A DNA stretch of 64,000 nt from Octopus bimaculoides (Eukaryota), in NCBI RefSeq assembly GCF_001194135.2, contig NC_068987.1, positions 3,353,712 to 3,417,711 of the forward strand, given 5' to 3'. The position numbers were made by a program, and so were the translations under genes. Shown here piece after piece: positions 13,342 to 25,617 of the stretch (the first letter of the stretch is position 1; every line of letters starts with the position of its first letter). The notes beneath the pieces are model-generated. The model did no database searches. It saw only the letters and a program-made list of their open reading frames with translations, and had not been told where the DNA came from.

Positions 13342-13905
13342 CTGCTATGAATGTCGCTTCCGAAATAAGTGGAGCAGTCAACGTCTTTGACATTCTCACG
13401 CGCAACAAACAGACGAGGTGGAGTTCTCCAAGAAGACTGGATTTTTGTCTTGACAAGAGACTCTAAGGTCAAGTGGTTCTGCTTCCAGAGTCTCAGCAAG
13501 AATAACTGCTTCGTCAGCAAAATCTAAATCTGTAATCCTGGTTTCGCCAATGAATGCAGCACAACTCGATCGAGTTACCATTCGGTCTAGTATCCGATCC
13601 ATGCAGGCTCTGGACAGAGTGGGTGCCAAGACACAACCCTGATGATTTAACTGGGGAAAGAGTCAGATGTCGAGCCCTCAATCCGAACTACACTGATTGT
13701 TCTGCTGTACAAGGTGATCATCAGCTCAATCAGTTGAGGAAGTACACCTCGCAGCTCCAGTTCAGGAAGTATACTTCGTATATCCTTATTCACCAAGTCG
13801 AACGCCTTATGGAGGTCGACACAGGCTGCAAGCAGCTCTTACCGAAAGTTCTGCTTATGTTTCATAAGTACACGAAGAACCAGGACTCTGTCCGTAGTTG
13901 ACCTC
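13342..13905 (-). mobile_element. RTE-clade LINE, 5'-truncated RT core
   Basis: KRSTTDRVLVLR, CVDLHKAFDLV, QGCVLAPTL and ITDLDFADEAVIL motifs with stops and frameshifts. Confidence 0.88.
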
Positions 13906-14325
13906 TTAATCCAGCGAGATTTTATTAAACTTGACCGATATTCTCGCTGGATTAAGTGTTCGTTTCTCTTTTTGTCTTCTGCAATTTTATCTTTGGATCT
14001 TCTATACATATGAAGAATTTTCCTCCATCTGGCTGTTTCTCTCTCTACAAAACAGAAAGATGCATTGTGGAACTGTCATTTTAACGAGTTTCTTTCTTTA
14101 TTTATTTATTTATCACCCGACGAAATACATCTGCACCACCGGATACTCCTGAACCAGTTGTTGAGTGTCCCACAAGAAGAGTCGATGCTAGATGTGTCGA
14201 AGCAACTGTTGCGATTAATAATATATTCTCGTATATTTCATCTTCTGTCTTTTNNNNNNNNNNNNNNNNNNNNNNNNNNNNNNNNNNNNNNNNNNNNNNN
14301 NNNNNNNNNNNNNNNNNNNNNNNNN

Positions 14326-14375
<50 letters not shown>

Positions 14376-15755
14376 CATATATATATGTATATATGTATGT
14401 ATGCGAGGATGGATAAATGGATGCATATGTACATGTGTATATATGTGTGAATATATTTATGAGTGCGTATGTATGTATGTATGTATGCTGAGGTTTTGCT
14501 GTAACTAGTTTCATCTTATTTTCGCGTCACTCAAAGCGATTGCTAAAAGATTTTAGTTTTTAAAGAGCTAAAAGTTTTGTTCATTCGCCATAACTTATGT
14601 CGTTCAGTAATGGCAGCTTAGAGAAAATTGACTATTTTTAGTTTCTGTTGCTGACGGCTAAGCAGAACGTATGATTCTGTACTATTGGAAATGAGATGGA
14701 TAGGTTGATAAGCGATTACTGTTATCATTGTTGCAAATATGATTTCGGTATGTGTCGATAAAATAAGTACCAATCTGGAACTAGTGTTGATCTTCATCGT
14801 CTGGCCTTGTACCCATGTCAGAAATCAAAATCAATATGTGAACTGAACGTCTGTAAATTCGTAAATTGCCAGAACGTCTGACAAGATGCTTTGCTGTATT
14901 TAGTTACGACCCTTTCAGTGTCGAGTTCAAATCTTACCGATGTCAAAGTTGCTGTTCACCTTCCCAGTTTCAATAAAATCATGTATCAGTCAAATACTGC
15001 AGTCGATTTAATTGGTCACAGTATTTTACTGGTATATTATCTGTAGTCTTCTGCTTATGTCAAAAGTCAATATGATTTTGGCGTCGCTAGCTACCGCTAN
15101 NNNNNNNNNNNNNNNNNNNNNNNNNNNNNNNNNNNNNNNNNNNNNNNNNNNNNNNNNNNNNNNNNNNGCTACGGGGAATACGAATCTGCAAATAAATTGG
15201 CAAAAATCTGCATTTTTTTATTACCCCCACCCCCACCCCCCATATCCTTCATTTTTTTTTTTGTTTTTTCAAAATTTTTTTTTTCAACATATATGTAAAA
15301 ATACGGAGATTATGATTCTGAAAAAAAATTTCCAAAAATTTTTGTAAAATTGTTTTTTAAGAATTTTTTTTTTCTAAAAATGCGGAAAATTACTACACAC
15401 ACACAAACACATATACATACACACACACGTGCATAAATATACGTATAGCGATAGAGAGGGTGAGAGAAAGAGAGAGGAGGAGACAAAAAGAGAGAGGTGT
15501 TACAATTTTTTAATTAAGTATGATTGACAAACATTTTTCTCTCTTTCATATGCAAAAAGAGAAATGTGCTCACTCGTATAACCAGAGAGAGAGAGAGAGA
15601 GAGAGAGAAATATAAAGATACCTGATGTCAAATAAGTCAGTATTAATCCACCAACGTCAAATAAATGGTGCCAAAATGGCTGTGCTAAAGTGTTCCATAA
15701 CTCCAGGATGCTGTCATATCAGCAAGCTTAATTGTATTCTTTTTATTATTTAGTT

Positions 15756-16064
15756 CAGTGATTCCCAAAGTGGGCAGTATTGGCCCCCTGGGGGGCGGTG
15801 GAAAGATCAAGTGGGGGGGGGGGGGGGTGAAGAAAAATGGGGCGATAATGGGGTGACCAAAACAGGGTAATGGATGTAAAAAAAAAAAAACTAACAAACA
15901 AAATAAAGGATGAATTAGGTTAAGTTTTATTTGTGAAATACTGTTGTTCTGAATTTGCTGCAGAGAATGGTTTATGTCTGTGATGGTGAGTTGAGACGGG
16001 GTGCACTAGAAATGTGACCTTAGAACCAAGGGGGCGGCACCCTGAAAATGTTTGGGAACCACTG
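15756..16064. mobile_element. hAT-type MITE
   Basis: CAGTGATTCCCAAA / TTTGGGAACCACTG TIRs; 8-bp TSD atttagtt/atttagct. Confidence 0.8.
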
Positions 16065-16315
16065 ATTTAGCTCACTCACCTTTATCCTCAATGTTTATGA
16101 AAGGACTCAAATAATAAGAACAAACAAGTTTCTAAATTCCATTCTGGCTTTCTCTTCTCTCTTCTCCTTCTTTTGATCCTAAGTGAACTTTCAGAAAACA
16201 TTTCAATTAGAGAAATATTTTGTTCATAAATATTTTTGAAATTTTAATATATTTTAGTATATTTAGTTTTAATTTACTTTAGTATATTTATTTTTCTAAG
16301 CTTTTATTAAGACAC

Positions 16316-16757
16316 CTATGCCGGTGGCATCTATAAAGCACCATTTGAGCATGGTTGATGCCAATGCCGGCTGACTGGCTCTCATGCTGATGGCATGTAA
16401 AAAGCACCATTCAAGTGTGGTCAATGCCAATGCCGGTGGTACATAAAAAGCACCATTCAAGCATAGTTGTTGCCAGTGCTGCCTGACTGACCCTTGTACC
16501 AGTGGCATGTAAAAAGTACCATTCAAGTGTGGTCGATGCCAGTACCGCCTGACTGGCCCTTGTGTTGGTGGCACATTAAAAGCATCCACTACACTCTCAG
16601 AGTGGTTGGCGTTAGGAAGAGCATCCAGCTGTGAAAACTTTGCCAGATCAGATTGAAGCTTGGTGCAGCCTTCTGCCTTGCCAGCCCTCAGTCAAACTGT
16701 CCAACCCATACCAGCATGGAAAGTGGACGTTAAACGATGACGATGATGATGATGATG
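16316..16757 (+). mobile_element. Family B element with about four internal ~66-bp repeats and an RTE-like tail
   Basis: Repeated aaaagcaccattcaag...gccagt..gcctgactgg unit followed by the family B tail; further copies at ~18960-19195, 25620-26100, 29270-29540, 34570-34995, 35510-35780, 38440-38670 and 53513-53830. Confidence 0.8.
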
Positions 16758-19544
16758 TACAATCAAATGAAATTAGTCCAGTTTATTATTGTATATTGGT
16801 TTCAAATTTTGGCACAAGGCCAGCAGTTTCAGGGAAGGGGGCAAGTCGATTATATCAACCCCAGTGCTCAACTGGTACTTATTTTATCGACTCTGAAAGG
16901 ATGAAAGGCAAAATCAACCTCATTGGAACTTGAACTCAGAACCCTGACAGATGAAAGCCATTAAGCATTTTGCCAAGCATGCTAACGTTTCTGCCAGCTT
17001 GCTTTCGTAGTTTATCATTATATATTAATGTCATATATTTAGAAACATTGTAAACTTTTTGAATAACTTATAAGCATCTTAAGGAAGAAGATAAATTTGT
17101 AGAAATGGTTTGATTCCTTCTGACAACAGGAAGAAAAATCAGACATAAAAAATCCAGTATATACAATTAAGGCCTTGTTTACTTAAAACAGACATCTATG
17201 TATTATACTTAATGTATATACNNNNNNNNNNNNNNNNNNNNNNNNNNNNNNNNNNNNNNNNNNNNNNNNNNNNNNNNNNNNNNNNNNNNNNNNNNNNNNN
17301 NNNNNNNNNNNNNNNNNNNNNNNNNNNNNNNNNNNNNNNNNNNNNNNNNNNNNNNNNNNNNNNNNNNNNNNNNNNNNNNNNNNNNNNNNNNGAAATAACA
17401 GCTTTCCTTTCTTGAAAATTATTAAAATTTCAAAGGTAGAATTAAACATTCAAGGAGATTAACTTCTACAAAGGAATTTTTTGAGCCCTTGGAATTTCTT
17501 TGAAGTCTCTTAATGGTCAATTTGGTTGTAGTGATCAATAGATTTTTCTCAAAAGAAATTCATTTGATAATCATATTTTAATACATTAAATATTGCTTAA
17601 TGGTTACACTGGTGAATTAAATCCAATTTGTTCTTGTGAAAAAAAAAAAAGAATAAATAAATAAATGAAATAAAATAAAATAAAAAGAATGGAAGAAAAA
17701 GAAGCGTGCAAAAATAAATATCAATAAAAGAAAAAAAAAATCAAACATTATGAACGTTTCGATAAGCAATTTTAATTAAATGCAATCAAAACATCAAAAC
17801 ATGCTTAATGATTGCAGGAATACATTCAGAAATTTTCTCAAGGTTAATTCCTTGAAAGAAACCAATATTATTAGAATCAATTCCTAAAATCCAAAGAATA
17901 TTTACCAAATTATAATAAAAATATTTAGATAACTCTGATGCTTGATGTAAAAAACTTAAATTAATTAAAAAAATTACACCCTTAATATTGATAATAAATC
18001 ATTATTTAAATAACTGACTCTGGCCAAAAATGGCAAGGGGAAATAATCTGCATCTAGTATATAAATGTTCCCTTTACTATGAAGTTTTCATGCAGAAGGT
18101 ATCCTGGGTATTATGATAATCAATGGTCATTTACAAAATATGCGTCCGCAGTGTGTTCTCAGCCACCTCTCTACCCCTTCTGCTGTGCTTGCCTGGATTG
18201 TTGCTTCTATAATTCCTTTTTACATGAGGAAACGCTGGAACATGATAGAATATTCTTTAACATGGGGTGATATTTCTGCAAGCTGATTGGCTCATATTCA
18301 GATTACATCACCTGATCTAAATGTGGTCTGATCCTAGTAACTAAAGCTGTGAGGCTTCAATTCTAGGAGCTTTGCTACATTCATTGTTGAGGTATAATAA
18401 GGTTGGAATATGTGCGGAGTTGTAACTGTGCTGCTAAAGATCGCACTCAACAGCACAGTACTCTATATCTAATTAATTAAAATCTGGGGTTGGGGTTGTC
18501 TCTCTTCATCTTTTTTGTGTTTTTTTTCTTATCATAGTTTAGTCATTCAGTTAATGATTTGTTTTCAACCAGCCATCACTCATGAATAAGTATAGTATGG
18601 TAAAGTACCATGTTTTCAGATTGTTCCAGGTTCCTATGCAGCAACGGTCAGACACAAAAACCCTCACTCTTGACCCAACAGCACTTCCAAGATTGAAACT
18701 CTTTTTTAGCTGAGCAGACTGGAGTGAAATTGAATGAAGTGCCTGGCTCAAGGACATAAAGCACCACCCGACCCATGAAATGAACTGCTGATCTTATGAT
18801 CATGGACCTAATCACTAGGCTTCATGCCATGGCTAAGATCTAAGAGTAATATCTTCTTGTAAGCTTAATATCACCTCCTAAGAATGTAATTTTAAATAAT
18901 TAAAATTGAAATTCTTTGGGCTTACTACATCAAGTGTATTAGCCCCTATTTTATTAAAGCAGAACGTTAAAAGCATATCCGAGTGTGATCGTTGCCAGGG
19001 CCACGGATTGGCTCCTGTGCTGGTCACACGTGAAAAGCTTGATCGTTGCCAGCGTTGCCTTACCGTTGCATGTGCCGGTGGCACATGAAAAACAACATTC
19101 AAGTGTGGTCGTTGCCAGTGCCGCCGGACTGGCTCCCGTGCAGGTGGCACATAAAAAACACCTTTTCAGCGTGGTCATTGCCAGAACCGCCTGACTTTGT
19201 CTTTTATCCTTTTGGGGTCGATAAAATAAGTACCAGTTGACTAATGGAGTCAATGTAATTGATTTACCCCGCTCCTCCGAAATTGCTGGCCTCGTGCTAA
19301 TATTTGAAACCAATATACTAAGTTATGGAATCGCTTTCACCAAAACTGCACGATTTAGGGCTCCAATGACTTCCTTACAGAATTAACAAAGATCAATATA
19401 AACTAATACAAATAATTTTCAGTTTTTAATTTAAGTTTAGAAATAGAGATGTATATTGTAAATGTAATTAATTCTGTCCAGGAAGTGTACGCATCGAATG
19501 CATTTAATACTTGGCTGTAAATTTGTTAGAAAATCAATGTCTAA

Positions 19545-20311
19545 GGAGGCGAGCTGGCAGAAACGTTAGCACGCCAGGCGAAACGCTCAGCGGTATTTCG
19601 TCTGCTGTTACGTTCTGAGTTCAAATTCCGCCGAGGTCGATCGACTTTGCCTTTCATCCTTTCGGGGTCGATAAATTAAGTACCAGTTACGCACTGAGGT
19701 CGATGTAATCGACTTAATCCCTTTGTCTGCCCTTGTTTGTCCCTTCTATGTTTAGCCCCTTGTGGGCAATAAAGAAATAAGAAACGTTAGCACGCAGGGC
19801 GAAATGTTTAGTGGTATTTCGTTTGCTGTTACGTTCTGAGTTCAAATTCCGCCGACGTCGACTTTACTTTTCATCCTTTCGGGGTCGATAAATTAAGTAC
19901 CCGTTGCGTACTAGAGTCGATCTAATCGATTGGCCTCCTCTCCTAAAATTTCGGGCCTTGTGCCTAAAGTAGGAAAGAATAAAATGTTTAGCGGACGGCA
20001 TTTCCTCTAAATTTTTATGCTCTGAGTTCAAATTCTACCGAGGTCGACTAGCACCCGTCCACCAAAATTCAGGCCTTGTGCCTATCGCTGTTGTTAAGGT
20101 GACGAGCTGATAGAATCGTTAACGCGCCGGGCAAATTGCTTGGCAGACAGCATTTCTCCTGGTTCTTTACGTCCGAGTTCAAATCCCGTTGAGGCCAACT
20201 GTGCCATTCATCTTTTCGATGTCGATAAAATAAGTACCAGTTGAGTATTGAGGTCGAAGTAATCGACTAGCTTTTTCCTCTAAAATTTCAGGCCTTGTGT
20301 CAAAAGTAGAA
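19545..20311 (+). mobile_element. Head-to-tail array of four family A SINE copies
   Basis: Four successive copies (some 5'-truncated) with the ttctgagttcaaatt/ccgagttcaaatc B box, each following the A-rich tail of the previous one. Confidence 0.8.
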
Positions 20312-20367
20312 ATAGGTGAAATATTATAAAAGGACCAGCAATGTCTTATTAAGGTTATTAGTTAGAC

Positions 20368-20459
20368 GTAAGTAAGCGATATTCTATTACCCAGAACGAG
20401 GCTGGGTATTCATGTCAGTTTCGCACCACAACATAACAGAAATCATAATATGTTATAAG
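20368..20459 (+). other. Possible 92-bp 5'UTR intron of PARS2
   Basis: gtaagt donor at 20368 and ttataag acceptor 22 nt before the ATG; no transcript evidence. Confidence 0.35.
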
Positions 20460-20481
20460 GAAAGATCTTTCAACTATCATC

Positions 20482-20670
20482 ATGTCTCTTTATTTGAGGA
20501 AGCACTTTAATCTCTGTAAACAGCTGGTATTTGTTTACAAAAATCATCGTTGTGTTTCAACAGATTCTAGTAACTTTTACAAACCCAAACGACTCTATGT
20601 ATCGAAAATGTTTCAAAATTTCGGCATGGTTCAACCTGCTAAAAGTTCTCTTTCTTGTTCCAGTCACAAG
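20482..20670 (+). CDS. PARS2: PARS2 coding exon 1 (presequence-like N-terminus MSLYLRKHF...SCSSHK)
   Basis: ATG at 20482, donor gtaagg at 20671, phase 0 matches exon 2; LYVSKMFQ...LSCSSHK resembles the PARS2 N-terminus. Confidence 0.8.
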
Positions 20671-23600
20671 GTAAGGAAATTTATATTATCGACATTGCTT
20701 TTTAACCTTTTGAAAAGTCATAAAAATCACAATTTATAATCAAAGTCCCAAAATATATTTTAAATAATTGTTAAATGTGTTTTAGCACTTGTCGATTTGT
20801 TTTGGTATGCCGCTATTCCACAAAGGTCAACTTTTCCTTTCATCCTTTTAGGATCGATGAAATAATAAGTAATAGGGTTGACATTATATAATCGACTGTA
20901 CACTCTCTGCAAAAAAATGTAACGTGTGCCACGATTTTGGAGGGAGAGTACGGCCAATAAGCCATTACATGGCTTTTCATCAGTAATTTTTTTTTTTCCT
21001 GTCGTAAATTTAAAGCATTTAATAGTCTGAATCTTAATTCATTTTGTAATTAAGTTCAATAATTTTATATGAACTATCGAATTAGTTCGGTGTATGAATG
21101 ATACTTATTTGATCTACTTCGATCGTACGTTTCATGGGTTCTATTTCGGAACACCTTACTTTCTTCCGGGTCCATTTAATTCACTAACCTGCTTCTCATA
21201 ATTCATGACTTTGTTCCAGTGTTAGAAATCTAAGCAGAATCGGTGTAGAGCTGCAAGCAAAATTCCTTGCGGTATTTAGTTAATCACATTTTGGAGTGTG
21301 TGTTCAAGTCCCACGCAGCCAGCTTCGCCTTTCGTCCTTTCCAGTGTCGAAAACGTATTTACAGTCTCTTTATGTCATCAGAGAGCGTTGTGTAGGTGAA
21401 TGACGTCGTCTACCGCTACCGAAGGATTGCCTCTGTAATGTATAATTATTCGCTCACTATTATTTTACTATGTTGCCTAGGATGGCGATAGCTTCGTGTT
21501 AATCTTGTGTAGGGCCTGGTGCATACTGATCGAGCACAGCCATGGCACGTGTGTACCTGGGTGCGATCCATTATCCAATGCCCTAGATATATTAGATATT
21601 CACCTGCTTGAGAACTCTTTCCTCAAAAGAGTGAGTAAAACGATTTAGTTGCTCCATGACCACCACTTATGGAGCAACTACATCGTTATTAGTTTCCATG
21701 CAGGTCGAATGAATCGGGTTTGCACAGGGTACCTTTTATAATTTTTTAATAGCTTTCACTTGGCTAAACACGGGATGTCATCTTCCCATAAATATCTTCT
21801 GCAACTGCGTACTGTAATGCATTCTTTTATTTCTTCTTCCAGAAAGTCAAATGTGATAGCATTTTGGTTTCTGAGCCTTCCAGCCCAACGAACCAGATCA
21901 ACTCTGTCATGGTGGACAATTGAATGAAGCAACAGGGTGTGACTGATTGCAAGTGGGGGCTAAAGAATTGTGTTATGATTCTATTTCCTTTCTCTGATGG
22001 AAATTAGATTTATCCAGTTTGACCATCAAGACCATACATCCTCTTGTAATCCACTGGGTTCTCTTCTAGGGACCATTATGCAACTTCATTAAAGAAATTA
22101 CACAAGTTGACAATGATTGAAGTTGTATAACTGAACTCTGGTAGCCTGGTCATTGGGTTTTTGTGCCAAGAATTGGAAGATGAGGAAAAATCTGCATTGG
22201 TGGCAGTATCTGACAGAAGATTGCAGACATTGGAACCCATTATCTGCAGGTCGGTTCTTCCAGGTAGCTGGACCGTGGTGGATGTCTGGAAAGCTTTTTA
22301 TAGAATAGGTTACATAGATTTCAGTGAGTGCACATACAAGTAACAGAAAACCTGCAAATGTATGTGAAAGAAGGTTAGGAAAGCAGCATGGGACGATCAG
22401 GGTGTCTTTATCTTAAATTTATGAGTTCTTGAGGCAGAAAGTAACAAAATCTATTTGCTGAATGGATAGATTATAATTAGTTTCAATTTATTTATCATTC
22501 ACTTAATTACTTTGTCAAGTTTTATTTTATTCTATGGGAAATAAAATGTAAATTGTAGTAATTAAATGTATGAGTAACCAAATCTAAATTTGTTTCCTTT
22601 TAATTATTCATTCATATATTTTGTATTAATGTGTGCTACCTTTGTACATGTCAGGAGTGGCAATAAAAATTTACTGTCATCCTAGCTAATGATGTAAAAT
22701 GAAGTGTGAGTAGAATTTTTAAAAATAGTATTTTAGAAAACTTTTGCCATTGCTGTGGAGCCACACAGAGGAAATGACAAAGGACGAAGACGACTGGCAA
22801 TTTGCTGTGCTTGAGAAGATTTGCCAAAGTAAAATTGAGCCTATAAAAGCATGTCCTTCATGTTCATGCCCCTACCCACCAACACAAAGAAATCGTCGAA
22901 TGAGAGCATGTATCCCTGCCCCGTAAAATTCTGTTGACTGTTCTTTGAGCCACTTCTTCACTACAGTTTTCACTTCCTCGTCACTGGAATAATGTTTGCC
23001 TCTCAAACCCTCTTTCATGGCGCCAAAGAAATGATAGTCTGAAGGCGCTAAATGTGGTGAGTGTGGAGGTAGTGAAGAAATGGCTCAAAGAACAGTCAAC
23101 GGAATTTTACGGGACAGGGATACGTGCTCTCATTCGAAAGTGGAACATTGCTATTGAGAGAAACTGTGACTATGTTGAGAAGTAGGGATGTGATCCACAG
23201 AGGACTAGCTTCATTTTGATGTATGATACATGTTCCTGTGTTGGTAATTATACCAATCTTAAACAAAATGGCATTATTTTTTTACTCACCCTCGTGTATA
23301 AGTAAATATGAACGTAGCAGGTAACAGTTAACGTTTGAGCGCTGTTTTGGACCCTGTTATGTCTATCACTCTGATTGATTGGTATTGATGCAATTTGTAT
23401 CTTACTCTTTCGTCCACCAATATGCAACCCAACCAATCACAGCCTCCAAATAAGTCATGTGAGACAGTCTTTTCTAAATTGCATTTGAGTCTACCGTCAG
23501 CTATAAAAACTCACCTCCTTCTAGTCTCAGCATCTGTTGGTTCCAAACTTTCTAAGATTTAACCACTGACCACATTACAGTGACTTCCATCTTCATCGCC

Positions 23601-25580
23601 ACCATAATGTCTCACCAACATCGTCAACAACATCTACACAGTACCAACACACTGCACTGGTTCTAACATATCACTGTCCGTGAGCTTTTCACCAGGGTTA
23701 ACACCAAACATACAACCCACGCAGATGCATGTAGAGATATGAATAAATGTTCATCAACCACTCCCATTCAGCTTGTGTATATATATATATATATATATAT
23801 ATGACCACAAGCAACGTATTTAAAGTTATCCCCTTTGTTCCACATATTTCTTCACTGGGTTCCTACCACAGTAACATTACAGCCTTCTGAGCGGAGTCAC
23901 ATTAGATGGAACAACAGCCTAACCATCTAAAGGGTTAATTAAAAGTGAGTGGCCAAAATTATTCTTTTAAAACCAATAAGTGGTTAGCAGTTTTTGAGAT
24001 AGCAGCAGGATTAGTGGCTGCTTTCAATCCTGATAGAGTTACATGCTTTTATTAAAGATCAGAAACTTATTCTTTACAAAGGAAGATAAAAAAATGATGT
24101 GTCAATTGTAATTCTGTAATAAAAACAATTGTACCTATATTTATTGTTATTCAGTTTTGTTAAATACAATTTTGGTGGGTATGTGACTTATTTTCAGTAA
24201 ATGGACTATTTCCTGAAAACATAAACTTTCCTTCTCTTTTATAACCAAAATATTGGCTACTTTTGTGTGTGTGTGTGTGTGTGTGTGTTATATGTGAGGA
24301 CGATTACTTAGCCACATCTAAGTTCTCTTCCCTCAGTTGGCTGGCTATGCACGTCAGTGGAGTGATTACTATCAACCAAAAAAGGCAACTGATTAAAATC
24401 TTTAGTTTTGGTTATGTAACCTTGTTATCTTGTTTACCTTATATATGGCAGAAATATAAACACATATCATCACCATCATCATCATCATCACCATCATCAT
24501 CATCAATGTCCCATTTCCCATTTTGGCATGGGTTGGACAATCCAACCGAAAGTGATAACCAGAGGACTGTGCCAAGCTCCGATGTCTGCTTTGGCATAGT
24601 TTCTGCAGCTAGTTGCCCTTCCTGATACCAACCACTTTACAGAGTGTAATGGGTGCTTTTTTCATGGCTCCTGCACAAGTGATGTCCCCCTGTATGTGCA
24701 AAACAAGATCCACCTCAAGTAAGTGGGGTCTAATATTGAAGGAGGTGAACGTATGATTGCACATGTGTGTGTGTGTGTGTGTGTGAAGGCACGTGGATCG
24801 GTGGGTAGGGTATTCGGCTCATGATCATAAGGTTGTGAGTTCAATTCCCGGCGATGCAAAACACTTTATTTCACCTTGCTTCAAGCTTGCAAAAATTAGT
24901 TGTACCAGTAATTCAAAAGGGCCAGCCTTGTCACATTCTGTGTCATGCTGAATCTGCCTGAGAACTATGTTAATGGTAAGTATGTCTGTGGAGTGCTCAG
25001 CCACTCTCATGTTAATTTCGCAAGTAGGCTGTTCCATTAATCAGATCAACTGGAACCCGGGTCATCATAACCAACGGAGTGTCACACACACACACACATA
25101 CATACTGGAGTGTTGCTTTGAAAGTAAACTTCTACCAACACGGGTAATTTCATAAAAGATAAATCATAAATATTGTATGTATGCTATATTTCCTGATAAT
25201 GCACATTGTAGCAAAAAGTGTATTAATTAATATTATTGAAGCAATTGCTATAAATTCTTAACTTAATAAATACCCCAGTGATTAAGGCAAACGAATTTAC
25301 TCAGCTAATGAACAGCTTGTTTGAAAAGCATCGAGCAGAAATATTCATTACAATAAATATCAACTATTGCAGAGACTTTTTCAGTTATAAGCCAACTATT
25401 CTGTAACTTACTTCTCCTCCCTGTCTGTCTCAGCGATTCTTTCTTTTTCATTGTGTGTGTGTGTGTGTGTAGAGGGTCGTTCATTTATTCTTTGACTGCA
25501 ACCAAGCCTAGTATGTCCACTTGTTTCCCCCTCTCTCTCTTTACAATGCAAAGTGGGAAGTCAACCAATGAACCAACTTA

Positions 25581-25617
<37 letters not shown>

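Noticed and set aside
19545-19640. A/B-box segments as tRNA genes
   Set aside because: No complete cloverleaf, and each continues into a SINE body and tail
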